Assembly (NCBI GenBank): GCA_963769885.1
Contig: CAVYNH010000004.1
Location: forward strand, 288,001-352,000
Length of the DNA: 64,000 nt
Direction: 5' to 3'
From: Methanobacteriota archaeon
Lineage (GTDB): Archaea; Thermoplasmatota; E2; DHVEG-1
Under the pieces are notes generated by a model. The model saw nothing but the letters and a program-made list of their open reading frames with translations. It did no database searches and was not told the DNA's origin. Below are positions 27,960 through 37,186 of this stretch, piece by piece; within the stretch, counting starts at the first letter, position 1, and each line of letters opens with the position of its first letter. The position numbers and the translations under genes were made by a program.

Positions 27960-29777
27960 ATGACCACGAACGAACTCCTCGTCTGGCTCGCCCTCTTCCT
28001 CCCCTTCGCCGGCACCGCCCTCGTCCCCCTCATCGCCAGGGCCGGCGCCAAACCCAAGGTCTACCTCGCCGTCCTCCTAGGATTCCTCACCGCCGCCGCC
28101 ACCCTCATCATCCTTGACCTCGTCTGGCTCGGCGGCACCGGCCTTTCCTACAGCTTCGCCTGGGCACCCTCACTTGGCAGCACCACCTCCACCGGACTGA
28201 GCTTCACCGTCTACATCGACCCGCTCGCCGCCATGATGGCCGCCATCGCCGGCGGCATCGGCGCCCTCGTCCTCCTCTACTCCGTCAAATACATGGAGGG
28301 CAACGCCGGCCTCACCCGCTACTACGCCTTGGTCCTGCTCTTCATCGGCTCCATGATCGGCCTCGTCTTCGTCGACAACCTCCTCATCCTCTATTTCTTC
28401 TGGGAGGCCGTCGGCCTCTGCTCCTACGCCCTCATCGGCTTCTACACCACGGACCCCAAGGCGGCCCGCGCCGGCATCAAGGCCCTTGTCACCACCCGCG
28501 TCGGTGACATCGCCTTGCTCATTGGTATCTTCATCCTCGCCGCCGGCGCCACCAGCCTGGGCGCCGACTTCTTCAGCCAAGCCCTCAGCATCCGCTACCT
28601 CATCGCCCACGTCGCGAGCATCGCCCCGACCACCCTTGCGATTGCTGGTTTCTGTTTCATCGTCGGCGCCATGGGGAAGTCCGCGCAAGTCCCCTTGCAC
28701 GTCTGGTTGCCGGATGCGATGGAGGCGCCCACCACCATCAGCGCCTTGATCCACGCTGCGACCATGGTCAACGCTGGCGTCTACGTCATGGCCCGGTCCC
28801 TGCCTCTGTTCGCTTCGGTGCCGTATTGGACGGAGACGCTGATGTGGATCGGCATCATCACGGCGTTCCTGGCCGCGACCATGGCCCTCGTTGAGCCTGA
28901 CCTGAAGCGGGTCTTGGCGTACTCGACGGTCAGCCAGCTGGGCTTCATGATGTTCGGCATCGGGCTCGGCTTCCCTGGGTTTATCGCCGCGACTTTCTTC
29001 CTCCTCAGCCACGCCGTCTTCAAGGCGCTCCTGTTCCTCGGCGCCGGCTCCGTCATCCATAATCTCGGCACCCGGAACATGTACGAGATGGGCGGTCTGA
29101 AATCCTCGATGAAGCTTACCTATTACACCATGCTGATTGGTGGCCTCTCGCTTGCCGGACTGATCCCGTTGGCAGGGTTCTGGAGCAAGGATTACGTGCT
29201 CCTCGCCGCCTGGGAGACCGGCCAGTACATCCCCATGATTATCATGGTAATCACTGCGGTCTTGACTGCGGCGTACACGTTCCGGATGCTGAACCTCGTG
29301 TTCTGGGCGCAGCCGAGCCGCGAGCACCATGTGCATCCGACCCCATGGCAGATGAGCCTGCCGCTATTGGTTCTCGCGATTGGGACGACCATCGCGTGGC
29401 TCGCGATCGGGTTTCTCTCACGGTCGTATGTGGTGTTCGGGTTCGCAGAGGCCCATGGGTTCACGGTGCTGAGTTTCATTGTTGATACGGTCACGAAGCC
29501 AGCGATTATCTTCTCCCTGACTGCGTTGGTTGTCGGTCTTGGGCTCTTCTATGCCCGAAAGAGGTATGCGGCGAATTCGGTTGGCGCTGCGACCGTCACC
29601 GTGGCGCGGAAAGGCTATGGGTTTGATGCGTTCTACAGCGCGCTCGTCGCCGGGTTGGTACGGTTCGGCAACGTGTTCCGCCGCACCCAAACAGGTGACT
29701 TGAACTATAACCTCACCGGGTTTGTCATCGGGCTCGTAATTCTCATGGTCGTATTGTTCTTCTACGGAGGGGTCTAA
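27960..29777 (+). CDS. NuoL/MrpA-like antiporter subunit
   Basis: FWEAVG, KSAQVPLHVWLPDAMEAPT, AYSTVSQLG, HAVFKA motifs. Confidence 0.92.
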   Translation: MTTNELLVWLALFLPFAGTALVPLIARAGAKPKVYLAVLLGFLTAAATLIILDLVWLGGTGLSYSFAWAPSLGSTTSTGLSFTVYIDPLAAMMAAIAGGIGALVLLYSVKYMEGNAGLTRYYALVLLFIGSMIGLVFVDNLLILYFFWEAVGLCSYALIGFYTTDPKAARAGIKALVTTRVGDIALLIGIFILAAGATSLGADFFSQALSIRYLIAHVASIAPTTLAIAGFCFIVGAMGKSAQVPLHVWLPDAMEAPTTISALIHAATMVNAGVYVMARSLPLFASVPYWTETLMWIGIITAFLAATMALVEPDLKRVLAYSTVSQLGFMMFGIGLGFPGFIAATFFLLSHAVFKALLFLGAGSVIHNLGTRNMYEMGGLKSSMKLTYYTMLIGGLSLAGLIPLAGFWSKDYVLLAAWETGQYIPMIIMVITAVLTAAYTFRMLNLVFWAQPSREHHVHPTPWQMSLPLLVLAIGTTIAWLAIGFLSRSYVVFGFAEAHGFTVLSFIVDTVTKPAIIFSLTALVVGLGLFYARKRYAANSVGAATVTVARKGYGFDAFYSALVAGLVRFGNVFRRTQTGDLNYNLTGFVIGLVILMVVLFFYGGV

Positions 29778-29779
29778 CC

Positions 29780-31285
29780 ATGGACCTGCTGTTGCTGCCG
29801 TTGGCCTTCCTTCTTTCCGGAGGTATCTTGTCGTATGCGGTGGGTCGGCTGGAGCGGCTGTATAAGAAACGGTTCCTCGCGGGAACCGTCGCATTCCTGT
29901 TCTTTTTGGTTGCCTTGGTCGTGCAGATCTTCGTGAGCCTGCAGGTCTGGCAGGGGACTGCCGTGGCGGGAACGATTGGGGGCACGCAGCTGCGGATGGA
30001 TGCGTTGTCGGTGTACCTCTCGCTCGTCGCGTTGGTCTTGGGGACCGCGGTCTGCCTGTATTCGATCGCGTACATGAAGGATGACGTGGGCCAGGAGTAC
30101 TACTACCTGCTGCTAATGCTGATGGTCGCGGGGATCCTGGGGTTGAGTCTGGCGACGGATTTCTTCGTGTTGTATCTGTTCTTTGAGTTGATGTCGATTC
30201 CGTCGTATGCGTTGGTCGCGTTCCGCCGTAATGATGGGATGGCGGTGGAGGCGGGCGTCAAGTACCTCGTGATGAGCGCGGCCGGCTCGGTGATCGCGGT
30301 CTTTGGGATTTCGCTGATCTATCTCCAGACGGGGACCGTGGTCTTCTTAAGCCTCCTGGGCAGTCTGCAGGATGCGCTGATGCTACAGGTCGCGGTGATC
30401 TTCTTGATCGTGGGGTTTGGGGTGAAGGCCGCGATTGTGCCGCTGCATACCTGGCTGCCGGATGCGCATTCGGTGGCTCCCTCCGGGATTAGTGCGATGC
30501 TGTCCGGGATTGTGATTGGCGCTGGGTTCTTCACGTTGATGAGGAGCCTGCTGGTGTTCTCCGGGTCGGGGATCCCGACGGGGCAGATTCTGATTATTTT
30601 TTCATTGCTATCGATGACGGTCGGCAACATCATGGCGTTCTCGCAGCTGTACCGCGAGCGGGTCGATCTGAAGCGGATCCTGGCGTACTCGAGCGTGGCG
30701 CAGATGGGGTACATCATCCTGGGCATTGGGGTGGGGATGGCGTACGGCATCCGGACGGGGTATGAGGGTGGGCTGTTCCATCTTATGACGCATGCGTTCA
30801 TGAAAGGGTTGGCCTTTTTGTGTGCGGGGGTGATGATCCATCATCTGGGGACCCGGTACCTCAATGAGATGCAGGGCATCGGGTTGTCCATGAAGGTGAC
30901 GGGGTTCACCTTGTCGCTGGCGTTGCTGTCGCTGGCTGGTGTCCCGCCGCTGAGTGGGTTCATGAGCGAGTGGCTCGTCTTCAGCAGTGCGATCATGACG
31001 TATAGTGTCATTGGCTGGGTCGGGATCCTGGTTGCGGTGATTGCGTTGGCGAACGGGCTGGTGAGCCTTGGGTATTACCTGCCGATCATCCGGAAGCTCT
31101 ACCTGAGTCCGAAGGAGGAGGAGAAGGCGAAGATCATGGGCCTGCGTGACCCGTCGATGGCGATGCTGGCGGCGATCCTCGTCTTGGCCGCGGTCACCCT
31201 CGTTCTGGGCGTCTGGCCGGAGCTGGGCCTACGGACCATCAAACCCGCGGTGGACGCGATCCTCAGCATCGGAGGTGGCCTATGA
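29780..31285 (+). CDS. MbhH/NuoN/MrpD-like antiporter subunit
   Basis: FELMS, KAAIVPLHTWLPDAH, AYSS, HAFMKG, GVPPLSGF motifs. Confidence 0.9.
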   Translation: MDLLLLPLAFLLSGGILSYAVGRLERLYKKRFLAGTVAFLFFLVALVVQIFVSLQVWQGTAVAGTIGGTQLRMDALSVYLSLVALVLGTAVCLYSIAYMKDDVGQEYYYLLLMLMVAGILGLSLATDFFVLYLFFELMSIPSYALVAFRRNDGMAVEAGVKYLVMSAAGSVIAVFGISLIYLQTGTVVFLSLLGSLQDALMLQVAVIFLIVGFGVKAAIVPLHTWLPDAHSVAPSGISAMLSGIVIGAGFFTLMRSLLVFSGSGIPTGQILIIFSLLSMTVGNIMAFSQLYRERVDLKRILAYSSVAQMGYIILGIGVGMAYGIRTGYEGGLFHLMTHAFMKGLAFLCAGVMIHHLGTRYLNEMQGIGLSMKVTGFTLSLALLSLAGVPPLSGFMSEWLVFSSAIMTYSVIGWVGILVAVIALANGLVSLGYYLPIIRKLYLSPKEEEKAKIMGLRDPSMAMLAAILVLAAVTLVLGVWPELGLRTIKPAVDAILSIGGGL

Positions 31286-31617
31286 TTGACCTGATTACGC
31301 CGATCGTGTCGTTCCTGGTCTTGCTGGTGATCGTGGTCCTGCTGTATCTGTTCGCGGGGCGGCTGGAGCCGCCGTTCCATGCGACCAAGTACAAGACCAA
31401 GAGTTATTTCTGCGGCGAGGAGGCCCCGCCGGTGGAGGAGGCGCACCAGTCGTACGATTTCTTCCATGTCGCGTTCTACTTCACGATCCTGCATGTGGGC
31501 GTGCTCGTGGCCGCGACCGCGCCGGTCGGCGCGAGCGCGCTCATCGCGGCGGTACTCATCGGGGTGCTGGGGCTGTCGGCGTTCGCGCTGTTCGTGGGAG
31601 GCAAGGATCATGCTTAA
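31282..31617 (+). CDS. NuoA/MbhI-like membrane subunit
   Basis: TM helix, K..SYFCGE loop, two further TM helices. Confidence 0.75.
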   Translation: MIDLITPIVSFLVLLVIVVLLYLFAGRLEPPFHATKYKTKSYFCGEEAPPVEEAHQSYDFFHVAFYFTILHVGVLVAATAPVGASALIAAVLIGVLGLSAFALFVGGKDHA

Positions 31618-32047
31618 GAAACTGGTGAAGTGGGCGCGGGTGAAGTCCCCGTGGATCCTGCATATGAACTGCGGGTCGTGCAACGGCTGCGACATCGAGA
31701 TCCTCGCTGCCCTGATCCCGCGCATGGATGTGGAGCGGTTCGGCGTCCTGCTGAAGGGGAGTCCGCGGCAGGCGGATGTGATGATCTGCACGGGGCCGGT
31801 GACGAAGCAGATGACGGAGCGGCTGCGGCGGGTTTATGACCAGATGCCGGAGCCGAAGTTCGTCGTCGTGGTCGGCCAGTGCGGCAGCAGCGGCGGTGTA
31901 TTCGCTGGGGCGTACGGCGTCGAGGGCGGGGTGGACAAAGTGATCCCGGTCGATGCCTATATCCCTGGGTGTCCACCGCGGCCGGAGGCGATCGCGGACG
32001 GGCTTATCAAGCTGCTTGCGAAGATCGAGAAGGGAGGGTCGGAATGA
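31610..32047 (+). CDS. [NiFe] hydrogenase small subunit (NuoB/MbhJ-like)
   Basis: SCNGCDIE, SPRQAD, GQC, PGCPPRP motifs. Confidence 0.93.
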   Translation: MLKKLVKWARVKSPWILHMNCGSCNGCDIEILAALIPRMDVERFGVLLKGSPRQADVMICTGPVTKQMTERLRRVYDQMPEPKFVVVVGQCGSSGGVFAGAYGVEGGVDKVIPVDAYIPGCPPRPEAIADGLIKLLAKIEKGGSE

Positions 32048-32490
32048 CGAATCTTGATCAGATTGTGGCGCGTCTGCAGGATCAGACGCATCAGACCGTG
32101 GTGCAGAAGCGGGCTCGGCGGTTGTTCCTTTCGGTTCCTCGGGAGCAGGTGCATGAGGTCGCCCGCATCCTCGCTGAGGAGGGCGTGCAGCATCTCTCAA
32201 CAATCACGGCCCGGGATGCGGGGGCGAACCTCGAGGTGTTGTACCATTTCTTCATCGATGGGACTGAGTTGACGGTGAAGGCTGCTGTTCCGCGGGATGA
32301 CACGACCGTGCAGAGCATCCTGGATGTGTTCCCGTCCGCTGTCCTGTATGAGCGGGAGATCCTTGATCTGTTGGGGATCACGGCGAAGGGGCATCCTGAC
32401 TTGCGTCGGTTGGTGTTGCCGGATGATTGGCCGGGTGGGTATCCGTTGCGGAAGGATTGGAAGCCGTCGGAGGCGGAGCCGCATGCCTAG
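32044..32490 (+). CDS. NuoC/MbhK-like subunit
   Basis: YEREILDLLGI..GHPD...PLRKD motif. Confidence 0.9.
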   Translation: MTNLDQIVARLQDQTHQTVVQKRARRLFLSVPREQVHEVARILAEEGVQHLSTITARDAGANLEVLYHFFIDGTELTVKAAVPRDDTTVQSILDVFPSAVLYEREILDLLGITAKGHPDLRRLVLPDDWPGGYPLRKDWKPSEAEPHA

Positions 32491-33667
32491 AGTGAAGATG
32501 CCGATTGGGCCGCAGCATCCCGCTTTGAAGGAGCCGGAGAACTTCATCATCACCCTGGAGGGTGAGCGGGTCGTGGATGTGGACATCCGCATCGGCTACA
32601 CGCATCGGGGCATTGAGAAGCTGATGGAGAGTCGGACCTACATCCAGAACCTGTATCTGGTGGAGCGGATCTGTGGGATTTGCTCGTATGCCCATGTGGT
32701 GAATTATTCGCAGAACGTCGAGGAGATTCTTGGTCTGACGATTCCGCCGCGGGCGTCGTATCTGCGGACGTTGGTGCTTGAGCTGGAGCGGCTGCATAGC
32801 CATTTCCTGTGGCTTGGGGTCGCGGGTCATGAGATCGGGTTCGACACCTTGTTCATGTACACCTGGGAGGACCGTGAGGTCGTCCAGGACCTCTTGGAGG
32901 ATATCAGCGGGAACCGGGTGAACTATGCGTTTAATACGATCGGCGGAGTGCGCCGGGATTTAAGTGAGGATCTGAAGAAGAAGGTTCTCGAGGGGATGGA
33001 TTACCTGGAGAAGCGTGCCGCGTATTACAAGGAGGTCGCGATCAACGAGTCGACGATCCTGTCCAGGGCGGAGGGCGTCGGGATCCTGAAGCCCGAGGTC
33101 GGGAAGCGGCTCGCCGCGGTCGGCCCGACGATCCGGGCGTCCGGGGTCGCGGTGGATATCCGCCGGGATGACCCGTATGCCTCGTACGCGGATACGTCGT
33201 TCGACGTCATCACGACCGATACGTGTGACGTCCTTGGACGTGTCGTCGTCAGGGTTCTTGAAATCTTTGAGGCGATCAAGATCATCCGTCAGCTGATGGA
33301 GAAGCTGCCTGCTGGCGATATCGTGGTGAAGGCGCCGCGGAAGGTGCCTGAGGGTGAGGCGGTGAGCCACACTGAGGCGCCCCGGGGTGAGGATTTTCAT
33401 TACTTGCGTGCGAACGGGACGGACAAGCCGGACCGCTATAAGGTGCGGACGCCGACGATGGCGAACCTGCCTTCGATTGCGGAGATGCTGAAGGATTCTT
33501 TTCTTGCTGATGTGCCGATTGTCGTCGCGGCGATCGATCCGTGCATGGGCTGCATGGACCGCCTGACCCTCGTCAAGGGTGAGGAAAAGCCTGGGGAGCG
33601 GATCTCGTGGGATCAGCTGCGGGCGTACGCGAATAAGTGGTATCGGGAGAAGGGGTGGCGGGCATGA
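32483..33667 (+). CDS. Group 4 [NiFe] hydrogenase large subunit (NuoD/MbhL-like)
   Basis: GPQHP; L1 motif ERICGIC; L2 motif DPCMGCMDR followed by a C-terminal extension. Confidence 0.93.
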   Translation: MPRVKMPIGPQHPALKEPENFIITLEGERVVDVDIRIGYTHRGIEKLMESRTYIQNLYLVERICGICSYAHVVNYSQNVEEILGLTIPPRASYLRTLVLELERLHSHFLWLGVAGHEIGFDTLFMYTWEDREVVQDLLEDISGNRVNYAFNTIGGVRRDLSEDLKKKVLEGMDYLEKRAAYYKEVAINESTILSRAEGVGILKPEVGKRLAAVGPTIRASGVAVDIRRDDPYASYADTSFDVITTDTCDVLGRVVVRVLEIFEAIKIIRQLMEKLPAGDIVVKAPRKVPEGEAVSHTEAPRGEDFHYLRANGTDKPDRYKVRTPTMANLPSIAEMLKDSFLADVPIVVAAIDPCMGCMDRLTLVKGEEKPGERISWDQLRAYANKWYREKGWRA

Positions 33668-34641
33668 ACACACTGCTGGCCGTCGTCTACCTCTTGATAT
33701 TCCCAGGCTTCCTGTTCTTGTTTGCCGTAAGTCTGTTCACGCAGTATCTGGACCGGAAGGTCTACGCGCGGATTCAGCGTCGCGTGGGGCCGCCGCTGTT
33801 GCAGCCGTTCGCGGATCTGGTGAAGCTGGCGGCGAAGGAGGACGTCGTCCCGGACAATGCCGACCGAGTTATGTTTACGATGGCGCCGATCTTCGCGGTG
33901 ACCGCGGTGTTCGCCGCGTTCCTGTTCCTCCCCATCTTAGGTGGGCGGGGATTGCACAGCTTCCAGGGCGATTTGATTGTGGTGTTGTATCTGTTGACGA
34001 TCCCGACGCTGGCGATGTTCCTGGGCGGCTGGTTCTCGGGGAATGTGTTCGGCGTGCGGGGTGGGATGCGCGTCGCCTCGTTGTTGTTCAGCTATGAAAT
34101 CCCGTTCTTCATCGCCTTGTTAACACCTGCCTTGTTGGTGGGGTCGTGGCAGATGTCGGCGATTGCGGGGGCGGAGGATGTGCATCCGATCCTCATGATC
34201 ATCTCGGTGTTTGGGTTTGCGATCGGGTTGATTGCGCTGCAGGGCAAGCTGGAGCGGCTACCGTTCGATATCCCGGAGGCGGAGACGGAAATCGTCGCCG
34301 GGCCTCTGGTGGAGTACTCGGGGCGGCGGTTCGCGTTGTTCCGGCTTGCGAAGGATGCGGAGCTGTTCGTGGGCGCGGGGCTGCTGGCCGCGGTGTTCCT
34401 CGGCGGGCCGTACCCCCTGCTGGTGAGTGCGCCGAACTGGCTGGTGTGGGTCAACGGCGGTGTCTTTTTCCTGTTGAAAACGTTCTTCGTGGTGTTCCTG
34501 TTGATTCTGATTAAGTCCGCGGTCGCGCGGATCCGGACGGACCAGATGATCAACCTGGCCTATAAGTGGCTGATTCCGCTGGCGCTGGCGCAGGTGATGG
34601 TCGTCGTCGTGCTGCGGTTCTTCCTCGGGGGGATGCTATGA
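33664..34641 (+). CDS. NuoH/MbhM-like membrane subunit
   Basis: RIQRRVGPP, QPFADLVKL, PFDIPEAETE, EYSG motifs. Confidence 0.92.
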   Translation: MNTLLAVVYLLIFPGFLFLFAVSLFTQYLDRKVYARIQRRVGPPLLQPFADLVKLAAKEDVVPDNADRVMFTMAPIFAVTAVFAAFLFLPILGGRGLHSFQGDLIVVLYLLTIPTLAMFLGGWFSGNVFGVRGGMRVASLLFSYEIPFFIALLTPALLVGSWQMSAIAGAEDVHPILMIISVFGFAIGLIALQGKLERLPFDIPEAETEIVAGPLVEYSGRRFALFRLAKDAELFVGAGLLAAVFLGGPYPLLVSAPNWLVWVNGGVFFLLKTFFVVFLLILIKSAVARIRTDQMINLAYKWLIPLALAQVMVVVVLRFFLGGML

Positions 34642-34982
34642 GGGCGCCGGGGAAGATGCTGCCGCGGATCTGCGTGTATGTGCTGCGTCGTCCGGTGACG
34701 GTGCGATACCCGAAGCAGCGGCTGGTGCCGCCGGAGGGCCTGCGGGGGAAGATGAGGTTCTACCCGGAGCGGTGCATCAGCTGCGGGCTGTGCGCGCGGG
34801 ACTGCCCGTCGGGCGCCTGCACCATGCATGAGGTGGAGGGCGGGAAGAAGCATCCACGGTTCGACCTGGATTATTGTACGTTCTGCGGGCAGTGCGCGGA
34901 GTCGTGCCCGAAGCAGGCGATTGAGATGACGAAGGAGTTCGAGCTGGCGCACTACAAGAAGGGCGAGGCGGTCGTTAAGTAG
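34638..34982 (+). CDS. NuoI/MbhN-like 2x[4Fe-4S] subunit
   Basis: CISCGLCARDCP and CTFCGQCAESCP. Confidence 0.92.
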   Translation: MRAPGKMLPRICVYVLRRPVTVRYPKQRLVPPEGLRGKMRFYPERCISCGLCARDCPSGACTMHEVEGGKKHPRFDLDYCTFCGQCAESCPKQAIEMTKEFELAHYKKGEAVVK

Positions 34983-35087
34983 AAACTCGAACATTTGCTT
35001 CAATTGCGCGATTCTCGTTAAATACCACTGTCTTGCCTGAAGTGAAATTATATATATGTAAGACTGCTTTTTTTCTTTGATTGAGAT

Positions 35088-36692
35088 ATGGATAAGGGGG
35101 ATAGCGTCTCTGCTTGGAGGATGATTCTGGTCTTCTTCGCGGTTTTTTTGATGCTGCCGCTTGGCTCGTTTGAGGCTCAGACGACTTCTGGTTCTGTAAA
35201 AAATGTGGCGAAAGAAGGTAGTGGTCTCTTGGATTCTGCATGGCCTATGTACTGCCATGACTCCAAACATACTGGGAGGAGCCCTCACGCACCAACCGGA
35301 AATTGGCGCATCGAAAAATGGCGATTCAAATCGACCTGGGACATATTATATTCCTCCCCCACCATCGATAACAATGGCACGATATATGTTGGATTATGTG
35401 GAGAACACTGCACAGTTGCTATTAACTCGGATGGATCTGAAAAATGGCGAGCTAGTACCGGGGGTGTCGAGCATTCTTCACCCGCTATTGGAATTGACGG
35501 GACAGTGTACATCGGCACAATAGCAGGAAGACTCTATGCGATTAACACGAACGGCACAATCAAATGGTGGATTTCGCTTGGAAGCGGATGGGCATCCTCC
35601 CCTGCTATCGACAACGACGGTATCATCTACTGCCCTGTCTCAGATAGTTATCGGCTCGCCGCAGTCTTCCCCAACGGAACCATTAAATGGTATTTCCACG
35701 CGCAATCCTATATCTTCACTGACCCAACTATAAGCGACGACGGCACCATTTACATCGGCTCCAATGACGGATATCTCTACGCCCTCAACCCGAATGGTAC
35801 TATGCGATGGAAATTCTATGGCGGCGGGACAAAAGGCGTCGCCTCTGCCTCCATCGCAGACGATGGAACAATCTATGTCGGGAGCACGGGAGGTTATCTC
35901 TATTCCCTTGCTCCTAATGGGACACTTAATTGGAAGGTCTACACCGGCTGGATTGGCGGATCGACCCCAGCAATCGCCGCAGACGGAACCATCTACGTCG
36001 GCGACCAGACACACTACCGACTCTATAGTATCGCTCCCAACGGGACCTTTAATTGGGCCTTCCAAACCGGCAACGACATCATGTCATCACCAGCCATTGA
36101 TGCCCATGGGACTATCTATTGTGCCTCATGCGACGGCAACCTCTATGCACTCAATAAGAATGGCAGCCTCCGCTGGGCATTCCATGCCCATGGCGATATC
36201 CAATCCTCACCTGTCATTGCCGAAGACGGCACTATCTACATCTCCGGATCTTTTGCAGGATCAGGATCTACACCTGACTATTCATACTTATATGCTTTAG
36301 GCACCATGAACGACACACAACCCACCCTGCCAACCATTACCGGCGATGCAACCGGTCACGTCCGACGGACCTACGACTACACCATCACCGCCACCGACCC
36401 GGACAACGACACCCTCCAATACTACGTCGACTGGGGCGACGGCACCTTCACGAACTGGACCACCCCGTCACCCTCCGGACACCCTATCACACAATCCCAC
36501 ACCTGGAAGAAACGAGGAACCTACACCGTCAAAGTCAAAGCCCGGGACCAATACCTCTGGGAAACCGACTGGGCCAACCTCACCGTCAAGATGCCCTACG
36601 AACCACCACGATTCCCCCTCATTCACTGGCTCCTCAATCGATTTCCGCACGCTTTCCCCATTCTGAGAATGCTTCTTACTGGAACCGAATAA
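35088..36692 (+). CDS. Secreted PQQ-like beta-propeller plus PKD domain protein
   Basis: WPMYCHD, repeated SSPAIxxDGTIY, YYVDWGDG. Confidence 0.9.
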   Translation: MDKGDSVSAWRMILVFFAVFLMLPLGSFEAQTTSGSVKNVAKEGSGLLDSAWPMYCHDSKHTGRSPHAPTGNWRIEKWRFKSTWDILYSSPTIDNNGTIYVGLCGEHCTVAINSDGSEKWRASTGGVEHSSPAIGIDGTVYIGTIAGRLYAINTNGTIKWWISLGSGWASSPAIDNDGIIYCPVSDSYRLAAVFPNGTIKWYFHAQSYIFTDPTISDDGTIYIGSNDGYLYALNPNGTMRWKFYGGGTKGVASASIADDGTIYVGSTGGYLYSLAPNGTLNWKVYTGWIGGSTPAIAADGTIYVGDQTHYRLYSIAPNGTFNWAFQTGNDIMSSPAIDAHGTIYCASCDGNLYALNKNGSLRWAFHAHGDIQSSPVIAEDGTIYISGSFAGSGSTPDYSYLYALGTMNDTQPTLPTITGDATGHVRRTYDYTITATDPDNDTLQYYVDWGDGTFTNWTTPSPSGHPITQSHTWKKRGTYTVKVKARDQYLWETDWANLTVKMPYEPPRFPLIHWLLNRFPHAFPILRMLLTGTE

Positions 36693-36853
36693 AAAAAATA
36701 CATCAAATGCCGATCAATCCGGTTTCTTGTGCAATAGCCTCCCCCCTGTTCAAAGACATCAGAATGCACTCTCTTCTCCCCTGTTTTCTAGAGCAAAAAT
36801 GAAAGGTTTAAGTAGCATCGTGATATAGGGTCCCTCCTGTAGGTAACAGGGGC

Positions 36854-37186
36854 GTGAGCCGAGACATGGAACGACGCGAGATTCTCGAAAACCTCAAGCG
36901 TACCGAGGCCGACGTCCGCGCGCGCATCGACGCTGCGCAGAAGAAGGCCGCCGAGATCAAAGACCACGCCATGAAACAAGCCAAGGCCAAGCAACGCGAA
37001 GCCGAACACCAAGCAGCCGAAGAGACAAACCGCCGGCTCACCGAGGCAAAAGCCGCCTTCGAAAAAGACCGCAAGCGCGCCCTCGCCGCCGCCACCACAG
37101 AGGCAGAGGCACTCAAGACCAAGGCGCAGCCACAGAAGGCCAAGGCGTTCTTCCTTTCCAAGTTCAACGAGTATCTCCATGCTTAG
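36854..37186 (+). CDS. atpH: A1AO ATP synthase subunit H (peripheral stalk)
   Basis: Ala/Lys/Glu-rich coiled coil immediately before atpI. Confidence 0.75.
   Translation: MSRDMERREILENLKRTEADVRARIDAAQKKAAEIKDHAMKQAKAKQREAEHQAAEETNRRLTEAKAAFEKDRKRALAAATTEAEALKTKAQPQKAKAFFLSKFNEYLHA

Noticed and set aside
27173-34982. NADH dehydrogenase (complex I) or Mbx/Mbs call
   Set aside because: The large subunit retains both CxxC Ni-binding motifs and there are no nuoEFG genes
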